A stretch of 64,000 nucleotides of DNA from contig JAKMXF010000343.1 of assembly GCA_024704765.1 (NCBI GenBank), positions 620,001 through 684,000 on the forward strand, in the 5' to 3' direction. Source of the DNA: Oopsacas minuta (taxonomy: Eukaryota; Animalia; Porifera). The position numbers were made by a program, and so were the translations under genes. The notes beneath the pieces were generated by a model. It saw only the letters and a program-made list of their open reading frames with translations, made no database searches and was not told the origin of the DNA. Shown piece after piece: positions 10,946 to 24,499 of the stretch. How positions within the stretch are numbered: position 1 is the first letter of the stretch; every line of letters starts with the position of its first letter.

Positions 10946-11388
10946 TATAGTTTTTCCCATTATTCTATCATTCTTTAGTTTAGGAAATTCACAACTTAAC
11001 AACCCTATTATAGTTCTAAATAAAATTTAATCACCAAAAGAACCATAATTACTGTCTTTCCATCAGTCAATAATACTTTCTAAATATCAAAACTTGATAG
11101 ATCCAGAGATTAAATGTATTTTAGATGGGATAAAGGTGTGAAATTTGTATACAATTTTGTTTCTATATTCGCTTGGAATCAATTTCAAAAATATTTTCCT
11201 ATTGAATTCTACTTTTAAAAATACGTAGTTTAGTACCTCATTTGAACGGGCGACATTTTTCCAAAGATAATCGAGGTTTAGGTACCTCGTAGCTGATGTG
11301 TAGTACATGAAAAGCTACTCGGATACTGTAAGACTAGATGGCTGTCCCTTCTACCTGCCATTGATAGAGTCTTAAAATGGTATTAACA

Positions 11389-12684
11389 CAGGGTGGGGCA
11401 TAATTTCAGTCCCATAGTTCGATATACTTTTTAACTGAATAATAATTGATTAACTAGAATGTAATCAGCCCATAAAGTAAACTGATATATCTCTATTTGA
11501 TTGCAATACTGATTTTGCGATCATCTTAAATACTTTTCATGTTATAGTTATGGAAGCCAAAAGAGCCAAAATTATAGGCTTATTTCAAGGGCGAAATCTG
11601 TAACCGAAATTTGTAAATCGTTCAAAGAAGATGAAATTTGAAGGAAATTAGTCTATCGCACTGTCAAACGATATAGGGAGACTGGAAGCATGCAAGACAG
11701 AGCTAGAAGTGGACATCGACGTACTACTAGGACTAAGTGCCTGCAACAAAAGGTCAAGAAGAGAATTGCGCGAAATCCCCGACGTTCGAAGCGAAAAATG
11801 GCCAGAGACTTTGGAGTAAGCTCGAGATCGCTTTGACGCCTTGTGTATGATGTCCTAGAATTAAATTCTCTCAAAAGAAGGAAGGTTCATATGCTTATAA
11901 GGACTATTAGAGAAAAGAGGCAGCAAAGATGCAGAGTATTGTTGTCGCGTGCCGCACTTTCAGTTGTGGACCGCATACTATTTACTGATGAGAAGCTATT
12001 TACTGTAGAAGAGGTAAGTAATAGTCAAAACGATAGTATTTTTGTCTACCAGTGTTCGAAAGATACCACAAAGCCTTCGATGTATTCCCAGGTCTCAGTC
12101 ATGCTTTGGGCTGGTATCTTCGCAAATTTCTGGGACGAATCTCATATTTGTCCCTTCAGGAGTAAAAATTAATGCTAAACTGACCGCGAACTGATATTGG
12201 ATGCTGAAGTGAAAGCTACAAGTCGTAAATAATTTAGAAATACAAATTATACCTTCCAGCAAGATGGTCACCAGCTCACACAGCTAATGCTACTCAGCAG
12301 TGGTTCGGGACCAAAAAATCGACTTTATTTCCAAAGAAGAATGGTCACTTTCCGGCCCCGATATGAATCTCATGGATTATTGTGTCTGGTCCATTCTTGA
12401 GCAAAAGGCTTGCGCCAAATCTCATACGAGTATTGACTCATTGAAAGCTTGTTTGCAACGAGAATTGTTGAAAATCCCTTAGGATCACTTCCGGCGCGCC
12501 GTATCTCAATTCCAATCCAGACTTCAGGCTGTTATTTCTAAGAAAGGTGGCTATATCGAACATGATAATATTATGTAAATTTAACCGATGTAGTAAACAC
12601 GATTATAAAGTTTTATCGTAATCAGAATATTTTGGGATAAAATATATCCAAGTTAGTATGGGACAGAACTTATGCCCCACCCTA
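11389..12684 (+). mobile_element. Full-length decayed IS630-Tc1-mariner element, DD37D (maT) family
   Basis: TIRs CAGGGTGGGGCATAATTTCAGTCCCATA / rc TAGGGTGGGGCATAAGTTCTGTCCCATA; TA at the right end (12685-12686), CA at the left. Confidence 0.92.
11550..12578 (+). pseudogene. DD37D transposase pseudogene
   Basis: MEAKRAKIIGLF...VYRTVKRYRETGSMQDRARSGHRRT (HTH), ILFTDEKLF (D1), VMLWAGI, FQQDG(A)PAH (D2), PDMNLMDYCVWSIL (D3). After repairing two 1-bp deletions, 37 residues separate D2 and D3. Several stops and frameshifts. Confidence 0.9.
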
Positions 12685-13047
12685 TATGTTATCTTTTTAG
12701 TAAACCATGATTCAGAATGTTGACTTTTATTTGTCCATTTTCAAGCATTAGTTTTTCATTTCAACTGTATTGCTCGCGGAAAAATCATGAGGTTACCGAT
12801 TTCGAGGTATATTATAAACTTGTTGATATCAAAAACAAGGCTCAATAGATATAATCTATATTTATCCCTATTGTCGTTAAATCCTTATTGAGTGAAATCA
12901 TTATTTATGAAGACATTTCTAGTGAATATTTTGAAAAGCATATCCTCAAAGTTTATTTCTAAAGAAAAACCAAGTAATTGGAAACTTCGGAGTTGATGTC
13001 TGACCTTCGTTGGCTGGAAATATTCGACTTTTTTACCAATAAAGGAC

Positions 13048-13182
13048 TTAAGCTATCTTGAAAATATTGTAGAGTTCTCTATGTCCTTACCAGCAACAGC
13101 AGCTGCTGTGGGGAGAGTAGTCTCCATAATGAATACTATTTGGACAAATGCAAGGACCCAACTCAGCATTGATGTATTCTAG
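13048..13182 (+). pseudogene. hAT C-terminal dimerisation domain relic
   Basis: LSYLENIVEFSMSLPATAAAVGRVVSIMNTIWTNARTQLSIDVF*, a degenerate match to L.LP.T.A.VER.FS..N......R..L. Confidence 0.6.
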
Positions 13183-13824
13183 AGTTTAATATGTAGAATT
13201 TTATGAACATATTTTGCAGGACGAAGACAAAAAGGCTATTAGAATATTTGCTGCTACGATTATACATTTTTATTCATTGAATCTTAGTTATTGCCTATAC
13301 AATAATCATATTTTTCTTGTATTAATCATACATCACCTTTTCTTAATCTGATTTATTGAACTGTTAATAATAATATAACACAAACTCCTTTATGTGTTTA
13401 GTGTAACCTAAGAGATTATACAGGGTTTTCCGAGCGCGCCTCTGGCACTCCTCCCGAATTTTTATACGCCTAAATCAATGAATTCGTATTATGGCATAGG
13501 GAAACTTCAATTTTCACGTTTATAAATATAATTTCATGAAAACTCATGTGCCTATAGCAGCGTCTAACGCTCCTAGATAATACCTTGCAGTACCCATAGA
13601 CAATGAATGTACATTCCGTTTTCATAATATTATCGACTGTCCAGGATATTATCCAGGAAGCTCCAAGGAATTTTTATGTGGAAATGCTCTAATGTTTAGG
13701 ATTTAGACCTAAACATCTGGTCACCCTATTTTATTATGAACAAATAATTTGGTACCGCGTGGGATACACTAAGTGACTTGATTGTAGTTCTTATTACTAA
13801 ATTTTTTCTCTTTTTGACTTAGAA

Positions 13825-14424
13825 ATGCATTTCTTCCCTTCGCTAATTCTTTTAATAACAATATTATTTATTCACTTCTCATATGTATTAACTTGTACAA
13901 CAGTAGATGACTGTGTTTCCTTCTCTATACGAAATTATACCAAATATATCTCCTGTAATGATTCTGAATGTACTTGTGATGTCACTCCTGACTGTTTCGA
14001 AAGTGATACCTCCAGTGATTTTCCCTGTTCTTTAATACAATGTAAAGAATATGAATATATAAATGATTCTTGTACAGACAAAACACACAACTTTATTACC
14101 CTGCTGGTTGTAACCGTGTCTGCTGGGTATGTAGGAGCAGCGAATTTCTATGAGGGTAACTACTTGACTGGTTCTTTTCAACTTGCTCTTTTTACATTAT
14201 GTCTTATACTATCTTGTACTATTTGCTGGCTACAGTGTGCTACATGTTGCGGAGGAGACAATGACGTACCAAAGTGTATACTCTATGTGCTATATCTTAT
14301 ATTTATTTTGATAATTCTAGTGCTATCTCTTGCAATGAGCGCCTGGTGGGTAGCAGACATTATTATTTTAGTATTAGGTGACAAACAAGACGGAGATGGA
14401 TGTGACATTATACCACAATTCTAG
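13825..14424 (+). CDS. TM2-domain-containing protein (TM2D/almondex-like) with signal peptide and Cys-rich ectodomain; intronless, 199 aa
   Basis: Signal peptide MHFFPSLILLITILFIHFSYVLT; 8-Cys ectodomain; TM2-like halves TLLVVTVSAGYVGAANFYEGNYLTGSFQL and AWWVADIIILVLGDKQDGDGC. Confidence 0.82.
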   Translation: MHFFPSLILLITILFIHFSYVLTCTTVDDCVSFSIRNYTKYISCNDSECTCDVTPDCFESDTSSDFPCSLIQCKEYEYINDSCTDKTHNFITLLVVTVSAGYVGAANFYEGNYLTGSFQLALFTLCLILSCTICWLQCATCCGGDNDVPKCILYVLYLIFILIILVLSLAMSAWWVADIIILVLGDKQDGDGCDIIPQF

Positions 14425-15620
14425 TGAATTGTATTGTATTTTGTATATTTGTATATTTACTGTAATATATTGATTTTAATAATGCTTTCTTCATTCTTGG
14501 TTGGATTCAATGATTTTAATTCATTTGTGAGTCTTTGTTTACATTTTTATGTTCAGTTTATGCAGGTGTGCTGCTTTGAATGACTGGTATAATTTTTAAT
14601 TAGGTTCTCCAATTGTATTTGTAAATAACTTATAAAGACGGTACATCTTCTAAGACAGTGGTTCCTACTTGGGGCCACAGGACTATTTACATGGGCCATC
14701 TGATCTCTTTATAAATGAATAGTTTCCTCTTTTTACAAACTACAATTTGTATCCAAAAATTAATATTTTTTGATTAAATGTAATTGTTTATTAGAATTTG
14801 ATTAAAAGTACATTATCTTCCTCTCCGGAATTCTGTCAATTTGTAGACAATTGATTCTTGTCACTTATTTGAGTGTCTTTCATTATTCGAAGCTTTACCT
14901 ATTCGTGTTGATAAATATTTTGTTATGTGTTGTATCCAATCGTAGCAAAGCAAAGCGCGCTCGTACCGATATTATGCATTAACATTGATCGCATATAAAA
15001 AGTGTTCTTTTAGTTTGTCCTGAAAAACACAAGCAAACCTGATATTTCAAATTTCCATAATGGTAGAGTATTTTAATATTTTATATTATTTGCCAAAATA
15101 ATGAGTTTGAAAATTTAGAATTGTATATTTTATATTTAATGTTTGGTGCCAGATTTCGATAATTCGTATATTAGAATAAATCGGAACATTTTGGGATTTT
15201 CGAAAATTCACAAAATCACGATAATTCTACCCTCCCTCCAGTTTTCTAATTTCTAACCTCATTGCAATGCATTATGCTTCCAAAAGCCGCGGGATTATCC
15301 CAATTGCATGAGAGCGAACTGAAATTCCGTTTTCAACGACATCCTAATATTCTAGGAAATGTGACAGGTGTACTCTGATACGTACTTGCACTATGTGAAG
15401 TTATCCTAAGTAACAGTAGATAAATAATTATTGAGTGTAATCTGTCTAAATCCCTCAGGGCGGGCAGAGGCCTATCATTTCCCAAAATAACGTATTAAAC
15501 ACTAACAGGAATTTGAGATACCCTGTAGTCCAATCACCTTAGATTTTATTTGGGGGGCTAAATGATACCCTGCTCCAAAAATTTCTTGGGGACAGACAGT
15601 ACTACTGTAGCTGTAATATA

Positions 15621-16075
15621 ATATAACGAGCCTTGGCTCGTCGCATTTGAGTATTATATTATCAAATAACTTCTATATAGCTCAGCAATACGATAGTTCA
15701 GTTTTATCTATATTACCTCTTATAATATAGACATATTTAGAATAATGTAATTCACAAAAATATACGTATATGGCATATATACCGTTTAGAACAAACCTGT
15801 ATATATATTTTGACATTTAGCTAATTTGTTTACTTTATATTCATGAAAACAACAATAAATTTACATTTGATTAATCCAAAAGTGTGAAAATCGGATTCAG
15901 CATGTTGGATATGTTAGTGAAGTTTTATTGAATTCTATTTACTTCTTTGATGAACAGGATAAATACATAGTTATGCGACAATTTCAAAATTGTATTCCGT
16001 AAATCCTTTCCTTGACAACGGACAAACAAACAAACAAACAAACAGACAATAATTGAGATTTAGTAATATAGATTT
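15621..16075 (+). mobile_element. Repeat family A, Helitron/Helentron(HINE)-like non-autonomous element
   Basis: Starts ATAACGAGCCTTGGCTCGTCGC, has a core AAAATCGGATTCAGC and ends ACGGAC(AAAC)n...AATTGAGATTTAGTAATATAG. No TIR or TSD. Related pieces at ~1495-1640, 9600-9990 (-), 16620-16990, 27060-27810, 28900-29400 and 38517-38945. Confidence 0.55.
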
Positions 16076-16992
16076 TGTATCTAATTTAGTTATCCTATCC
16101 TTGCTCAGATTGTTTGTCTACATCCTACATATCCTTATATCAATCCGTCAGTTGTAATTACTACACTATAACTACTATCTACACGGTATCTGGGGATCAG
16201 CTGACTGGTACAGCTCAGGAACTCTCTTCCTATGCTCTACATACTAATTCCCCCGATTACATCAGATAGAAATTCAGCACAGCTGTTATACCTTATACTA
16301 CAGATTCTGTAAGGTAACTTACGCTAGAGTACATAATATGTTTGTCTTGGTAATAGGATTTAAATGGGTTATGGAAGTTCTACATTACGGCATCCATAGA
16401 GAACATGAGCGTATCCAAGGAGATAGGTTATGTCCTTACCACATACAAGTATCTTTGTCGGGAGTTTGTCCGGATTTGTAATTAATATCCTAAAAATGTC
16501 TTAATTGAATTTATAAAATATTTGAGTAATAATCTAATGCCAGTGACAATGATACGACTTTTACTGTTCCGACTAATCTGTATAGCATAGTGGCTCAGTA
16601 TTAAATTGTTGACTTATTATATTAGCATATACGAGGCACTTCGTGCCCTCGGATTTGTCATAAGAGCTACTATTATTTACACATTAGTGCATTGCGAAAT
16701 TCGGAATCAGCGTCCCCGATTACCCAGGCATAACCGTTGAAACAAAGTTTCTAAGACTATTAAGAATTTTGTTTACTTTATAGTCATAAAAACAACAAAA
16801 TTTAAATGTGATTAATAAAAAGTGAAATTCGGATTCAGCATATTCGAGATATTTGGTCAAGTTTTATTCAATTTTGTTTACTTTCTTGGTAAACACAATA
16901 AATACCTGTCTCATCATCTAAAATTGAGAAATTTGAATTCCATAAATCCTTTGCTTGACAACGGACAAACAGACACAAAAAATGTCCAGCTG

Positions 16993-17760
16993 ACAGACTG
17001 GTAGTGCAGCTCATGGTTATGTATTTTTGTTCTTTTCAGGTGAGCATGTTCATCCTGACTCCCCTATGTTGATGCAGCAAATGCACCAGACCCCGACTGA
17101 TTTTGGGCTCCTGGATCTGATAAATATTTCAGGATATTCAATATTATTCGTCTCCTACTGAACTTCATGTTCTATCCTCAAATCATATGGATAAAATTCT
17201 AAATAATTATAATCATCCTGTAAATACTCCTGTCTAACTTTAGAAACGAAGACTCTAGCATCAATTTGAAATATGTGCAAAAAGGTGTGAAAATATGATA
17301 AATCATGTAAATATAGATTTGAAAATGTAAAATTAGAATCTATATACTCGATTACCCCATACTAGCAGTAAAAATAAAATCTTTAGCATGGTTTTGAATG
17401 ATATGCAAAAAGGGAAATATGATTATTCATATGATATATCTGTGAATTTGTAACTTTTAGACTAGAAATTCTCAAAATCGGACTCTAAGCACCCAATCAC
17501 CCCTGACAACATATTGAAACTTAATTTCTAGCTTGCTTTTGTATTTATATGAAGGTGTTAAAATATGATTAATCACCAAAAAGTTGTGAATATTCAATTT
17601 AGAGAAAATTCATACCCGAGGCGCAAATCTCCGACCCAAAATATTTGTATACCAATTTTCATGTAAATGTGTTAGATTTCGCACGTCAGCGCAGGCAGAC
17701 GGAGGTATGGAAGTCCCACATCGTCCATGCCAATAGGGCATCTCTCTATATGAGCTTAGT
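16993..17760 (+). mobile_element. Repeat family B (~0.75 kb), copy 1
   Basis: Collinear with 62767-63480: ACTGGTAGTGCAGCTCA, AAAGGTGTGAAAATATGA, TTCTCAAAATCGGACTCTA.GCACCCAAT, GCGCAAATCTCCGACCCAAAA, CCATGCCA.T.GGGCATCTC.CTAT. Confidence 0.8.
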
Positions 17761-18271
17761 AGTTTCAATGAATTCCTTATATACGGAAACTCTTTAAGAG
17801 TTTAAGTTACAAATTGTATTTACGAAGGTTTTTTGGTCATAAAATTAACCTTATTTTTCTCCCCAAAATATAGGGCCGTATCTTAAGTAGACCATGGATG
17901 AGGTTAAGAAAATCTTATTTTCTAGATTCGGCAGCATGTATAGCCATGTTTTAGTAGCCTGTTACGTGAGCATATAACCTCCTTTATAAGGATACTATGT
18001 GGAACATCATTTATCGGCCATGGATCATTAACGGGAGTCTATTTACGCCACAAGAAAGGCTAATTTTGTCAGGATATTATAATCTGAAGATATGACTTCT
18101 TAGAATTCTGTGCTAAGACCTCTAGAGGGTATTTTCTCAGATTAAAATATTTGATACTGGACCCAATTGAAGGCATTTACTGGTTTTTACTAAAATGACT
18201 CTCTTTAACTAGATCTCATAATTCAGTAAATATTTAGAATACTGGGTAATATTTAAATACAAAAATATATA

Positions 18272-18818
18272 CAGGTAAACCTCCCAAAGCGGCACCTCCG
18301 AGATACTGCTTAATCCCATTCCACCGATTGATTTTCTTATACAAATAGTACTTCTTGAATCTCTGAGATAGGACACCTCCAAAGATGCGACAACCTACGA
18401 GATATGGCAGAGAAATGAACTCCGGATTGAATATTTTAATGCAAAATTACCTCCGAGATGCGGCAATCATCTGATATTATGTATAAATCCTACATAGCCA
18501 TACCATTAATAAATAATTGTAGAAATTTATGAAACTAGAGTCTGTCTGAAGACTGTGGGACCACAATATCATTCATTTTATCTATTTAAATCTTAGGTCC
18601 TTATAGATTATATACGGTAGATACACATGGAATCTGCGAATCTCTAGGCCAAAACTTGCTCTCGGTTAATCTGTTTTCAATAACCATTAGTATTACTTAT
18701 TATGTTAATATCTGATATTTCTGCCTTAAAATAGAATATTAAGCGTGTATAAGGGTAACCTCTGAGATGCGGCACCAAATTATTCTGCCGATGATACCGT
18801 ATCTCGGCGGTTTACCTG
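18272..18818. mobile_element. pogo/Tigger-like MITE
   Basis: TA|CAGGTAAACC ... GGTTTACCTG|TA; internal CTCCGAGAT.CGGCA repeats; a second copy of the right end at ~60105-60172. Confidence 0.85.
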
Positions 18819-19605
18819 TAGAAGCATACCTCTTCTAAATGTAAAAATGGATAAAAACCAAAATTTTACACCTAAAGTCCCAAACTCGTTGAAATGCAGT
18901 GTGTTGAGAGGCAAGACAACCTTTACCGTGAGGGGACTATAGCAGATGTAACCCTAAGCAAGAGCAATTCTATTCATGGAACCCAATAGCAGTGGATCCA
19001 GAAACATATTTAAGAAGGTGGCAAAACTGCATAAGGTCATGGTCTACTTAATACACGGCTATGGATATAACCGAATTCGCATACAAAATAGAAGGCCGTG
19101 GGAATGGGAAATGAAATTCGCTCCCACGGCAACCCTGGTATTTGGACAATGTATCCTTAAGGTGACAATAATTCAGATTCTATCTATTTCAGAACTAAAC
19201 TCAAATAGCCCAAATATTCTATTGACGTGATAATGAATTTACTATTCTCCAGGAGAAGATTTTAAGGAACACGCTCAATACAAATGATACATCTATCTAA
19301 AACGATAGACTTTTCATCTAGCACGTTACTCCAACTCATCCCAACTTAGCAAACGAGCATTCTTTAAGAACTCCAAACGTATGGAACTGACTGTACGGAT
19401 TCAACCTGCCCAAATTATTAGACAACCCTAATATTTGGCTGATCTACCATTAGCATACCTCTAGAGTCTAGACTTTTATCAACTTTCTATTATTACTAGC
19501 TGGATGATTCAAATTATTTCGATATTATCTGAATTATACTTTCCACAGAATAGATCTAGATTTAGAGACTCAGGATTATACTATTAACAATATTATCAAA
19601 TAACT

Positions 19606-19768
19606 TATATATAGCTCAACTATACTATAGTACAGTTTTTGTGTATTAGGTTTTCTATGTTCGAGGAAAGGTCATTTGTTAGGCCTAATGAAAGTCACCT
19701 TTTTGGAATGAGGATATGGGGTTTTTGTATTACAAAAAACTGTACTATACTATAGTTGAGCTATATAT
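19606..19768. repeat. Palindromic element with ~33-bp near-perfect inverted arms
   Basis: TATATAGCTCAACTATACTATAGTACAGTTTTT ... AAAAACTGTACTATACTATAGTTGAGCTATATA; left context matches family A sequence at ~15660. Confidence 0.7.
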
Positions 19769-21296
19769 AAAGAATCTGTAACATTATATTATTATTAATT
19801 TTTTTGATGTAGTGCTTATAATAATTAGTTAACTGCGGTGACTACTATGACAAATGCTCTAGTACCTCTCCTGGTGCCCTGGTAAATTTGGCATGATTGG
19901 GCAAACAAAATTAAGTATAAATCTCAAAATATTACTTCCTCTCTGAAAATGAATTTGACTGGAGTTATATTATCAAGGAATATTATTAAATTGTTTGAAC
20001 CCTTTCGGTTGTTAACAAAGTCTCAAACGCTAAGCTAAGCCTTTTCCAAAGATCTCTTATCCTCAAGTGCTTAAGATTTCATCCTATTCTGATAATTCAA
20101 AATTTCGAACTTAATGACCTTACCTTGCCAGGAGTCTGTACAGAATTCGATGTGGAATTATAATCAGATATATTGGCAACAGCTTTAGGCAGGCCTTCAG
20201 CTAACCCATGAAAATTTAACCTCAACAGGTCCAAAAGTTAGCTCGGAGACGATATATATGATTCTAGCATGTACTATAATTTTTATGCCTACTGTATCGG
20301 GTTTTCTACGACATCTACGCCTAATGGCATGGACGTTGTATGAAGTTCCATCATCCCATACGACCGCTCGAAATTGCTAAATCTTGAAGTGAAATTTTGA
20401 TGTAAAACGTTGATTTAGAATGATATTTTTCCGAATTTGAATTTCACGCAGTTCGGGCCTAAGTTCACTAATTTATCAATTCTCGTAGAAGTAGCATTTT
20501 GCGTGGAATATATTTTCGTTGTCAAGGGTCTGTGGCTTCCATATTTACTTACCTCAGGCACCCATGGATAGTATTTTTCGTTGTTTAAACGCGTATGTTT
20601 ACAACTTTACATAAAAACATGAAGCGTTTGTCTAGAGCAATCTGGGTTGTTGGTTAGAATAATCAAATTCCAGGCTGGTTGGACAGAGTACGAATTCCCT
20701 GGACTCGTCAAAACATTTTAAACTTACTTAGGGCTTACGTAATATGATTCTTTATTCAATAATATGATAGTCATTAATGCATTTTACATTTCCTCTTGAA
20801 CAAATCATATTAGCTGATAATACGTAAGTAAATAAATACGAGCCTTCATTTATAATACAGAAAATGGATATATATCCTTAATTGTGCATGCAGTATATAC
20901 TACAGGAGTTATAGAATTATTATATAAATCAGTTTAATACACGATCTATTTAATTAGCTGTAAACAACATTGGGATACATAATATAAGTTGGAATTATTG
21001 GCTAACTAATCTCTCAATAAAATCTATGATCACATTACTTGTTTATATGGACAGTAAAAGTGATACAGAATCTAATCGAGTCCGTTAAGTTGAATAAAGT
21101 GAATAAGATGCAGGATTTCCGTGACATTCGTGAATAAGATAGAATTCTATATAACTTCGAAACACATTGTGAAAGACATTATTTTAATATATTAATTTTG
21201 TGCAGAGGTTTGGTGAAGTTGTGATCGTTCTTATAGATGGGATTTTCACAAAAATATTACAGCAATATATGAGTGCTAGCACAAATCAAACTCTAA

Positions 21297-22060
21297 CTGA
21301 TTGTAAATCCAGCCAAGTTTTCAAGAATCTATTATCATACATATAATCGCAGATCTTTTGATCGAACTTGGGGCATAATTGATGATTCCGTTATTTCTAC
21401 CGGAGCTATTCTATTTCTCTTATTACTATCATTCTTTACTGAGTATTTATCGAAAAGGTACTATTTGCACGCTTACTCTAGAAAATGCATCAAATATATA
21501 CTTTTATTTTCATCTCGATTCACAGTATTATTGATACTGACTAATATACGAATATATTTGGTACAATGTATTTTAGTTAGAAACTGTAGAATTATACTTC
21601 AAGTGCTTAAGTCTAACGTCAGAGATCTGGGTCTCTATTTAACAGATCGCACTCTCTATATAAAACAATCCAAACTTTTACAAACTTACAATTTTTTCAT
21701 GTCTATCTTATTGACTGCGTTGATTTTCAGTGTTTTAGCCCTCATGTTACATCATTATATCTTCAATTTAGCTACTGTTATAGCGTATTCTTGTATAACG
21801 ATCAACACTTTTGATAATGGTAACGTATTTTTGAGACAAGATACTCGTTTATACGAGACTATGAATACGATTTCGGAATTTGGAACTCTTGGCTTGGCAT
21901 GATGTCTCTTCATTCTCTTCTCCTGGGATTTCTATTGTATGCTTTCTAATACAAATGTTTGCATCAGATTGTATTAGGAGATTTCGTAGCAGAAAACAGC
22001 AACAAGATTCAATATTTCAGATTTCCCACATTTACTAGAGAGACATAGATTAAGACAGGA
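21297..22060 (+). pseudogene. Disrupted multi-pass (7TM-like) membrane protein gene
   Basis: About 200 open codons with alternating hydrophobic and basic segments (GAILFLLLLSFFTEYLSKRY; YILLFSSRFTVLLIL; FFMSILLTALIFSVLALML; EFGTLGLA*CLFILFSW). In-frame TGA at 21900-21902, no credible start, stops upstream. Confidence 0.5.
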
Positions 22061-24218
22061 CTAATTAATGCAATATATTGAATTGAAATAATTGTCCAAT
22101 CTTTTGTAATTCTATATTATTTTGTATTGTATGAGTCTCTTGATGGAATTATTAATAGTAAATTTGAATATGTAGACACTAGAAAGGGTAACTTATGATT
22201 TATTACACATTTTATTGTAAATTATAAGTTATTGTTAGGGTTGGTGAAAATGCCGTTAACAACCCATTATTTGCTATCTCTCGATTTAGGTATTATGGTA
22301 TATAGGTACAGGCAGGACCAAGCGGTTTAAAATTTGTCAAGTCCAATCGCCAAACCCTGGCGCTAATGTCGATTTTGTAAAATCAGCAAACAAAGTTAAA
22401 TATACTTTGTAAAACATCGATTTTGTAAATAGACAATTCAAAATATTCGATTTGCAGAATGATATGTTCATTCATGTCCATCCATGGTTTATTTTACAAT
22501 ATCAACATCTTTCATTAGTTGATTTTGTAAAATGGTCAAAATCCAAACCTGTCTACAAGGTCCGATACCGGACCGGTGGCGCCGGCTTTGCATAGAGAGA
22601 CTCTGGTTATTCATTGATATCTATCATATAAGGATCTCCCCGATATTTTGTCAAGATTTTCTTCCAATCAGCTATGAATCTTTGACGAAAAATATTTAGC
22701 TAATCCCCAAGTGACAGTGTTTCCTCCAATTTACGGGTTCTTTAGAGGGAACACTGACAGGTGAAGTGATTCACAACCGATTTTCACCTGTATGTTGCTT
22801 TGAGGGAAATCTGTAATATGTAGAATATCTGAATAATAGGCCTCCCAGATAAATGGACATCAAGTTATGGGGCCGTTAGATGGCGAGGTCCTGACAAGTG
22901 TAGTCTGTTGTCCTAATTTTCCAGTGACTAGTGACTATAAGGATAAATAATTAATTTAGTATTCTATTATATATTTATGTCCATTCTGTCAACTAGTCGA
23001 CTTTACAAATCAAAATATAGTAAACTCTTGTCATAACCAAGTCGAATATAACGAAACTGTCATAATAATTATGTAATTCATTTTCTCTATAACTTGAAAG
23101 TAATTGATTTTACTCCTCTTATAACGAAATAAAAAGGTTTTTAGCTCTTCGTTATAATTAGAGTTTATTTTATTTTACCTACCGTTGAAGGCTTTATTCA
23201 GCAGTAAATTGTTTCTCTATTAACTATTCTAAGTAAAGATCAGACTCTCTTTCCTTCGAATTATGAACAAAATGTTCTTTCTTAATGTGTAATAAACGTA
23301 TTTGTATAAAAGACTTGAATAAATTATTGAAAATGATTGGCAATTTTTGTGGTTTTACAATTGATTTGTATAATTAATTTGAAAATTCTGTGAAATAACT
23401 CAATGAATTCTTCTATAAATTCTAAATTTAATTTATGTTACCAAAGTAAATTGTCTGTGTAATATATGCTAATTTGATGGTTTGAAACCATATTTGTTTA
23501 ATTTCAAACTTCTATATAAAAGATAATTGCGATCATTGAATTATTCAACTGAGCAAAAATCTATTTTCTCTAGAAAGGTTACGAGGAAAATTTCTCATGT
23601 CCAAGATTTACGATCGTTTATCCAAGTATTTTAGTTGACAGGTATGCTCATAAGTACAGACAATAAGTCTATGATATGCCCGAATATTGTAAAGATCCTC
23701 TGAATATTCAAACAAGAATATCTGTCCTTTTCTTTTAAAAGATAATTTGATCTCAAAACCTTTTAGTCATGTTTCTGTAATTTGAAAAATGTAATTTCTA
23801 AATAGTTTTTGTGATTAGAATTTATTCCTTCAAACATTAGCTACTCAATTTCTTTACATAGAATTAAGTACATGAAATATTATACAAACTATTTGATAAG
23901 ATTCTGAGAAGATACAACCTAGCTTACATTACCATAACATTGGTAAATTATACTCTTTAATATGATACTGTTAAAGAATTATTACAATATTTCTTATTCA
24001 TTTTCTGAAGGCCATGAGCATACTGTGGATTAATCTAGTATAATTCCTACAAATATGCACAATCAAAATGTTCAGTGATAGAAATTTGTTTAGACTTTAC
24101 ATTGAATCTACTAGGCTAAATTATTGTGTTTGATATACCACTCTTTGAGGTTAGCTCTCCCTCTCTGTTTTTATGTTATTTGATTAGCCAGTTCTTTGCA
24201 CTTCCTCTTTATGCTATA

Positions 24219-24288
24219 CAGTCGAAATTACATTATTTGCCCTGAACTTCATGCAAAGATTTGGGGCAAAATAATCCGATTTCGACTG
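24219..24288. mobile_element. 70-bp TA-flanked mini-MITE
   Basis: TA|CAGTCGAAAT..ATTATTTGCCC ... GGGCAAAATAATCCGATTTCGACTG|TA; related end at ~50265-50295. Confidence 0.7.
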
Positions 24289-24324
24289 TATTACTATTAA
24301 TTCTATTATCTGCGTTTATACATA

Positions 24325-24499
24325 CAGTAAACATCGGATATATCGAACTTCGAAATACAAACTTACATCAAAGTGTGAAATTGTAAAAATATGATCCTAA
24401 ATGGTAAAAGTAACATATTCCATCGGTTATATCGAAGTCCGCATATATTTGAAGAAATTATCCCTCTCCTTTGATCTTCGATATAACGGGAGTTGACTG
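24325..24499. mobile_element. pogo/Tigger-like MITE
   Basis: TA|CAGTAAACATCGGATATATCGAA ... TTCGATATAACGGGAGTTGACTG|TA. Confidence 0.75.

Noticed and set aside
9243-11308. Numerous 60-106 aa ORFs on both strands
   Set aside because: Antisense shadows of the NHL gene or chance ORFs within repeats; only the HIRAN-like relic was kept.
23170-24030. Possible decayed coding sequence on the minus strand (e.g. YKSIVKPQKLPIIFNNLFKSFIQIRLLHIKKE)
   Set aside because: Many stops and no recognisable motif; it cannot be assigned without a translated search.
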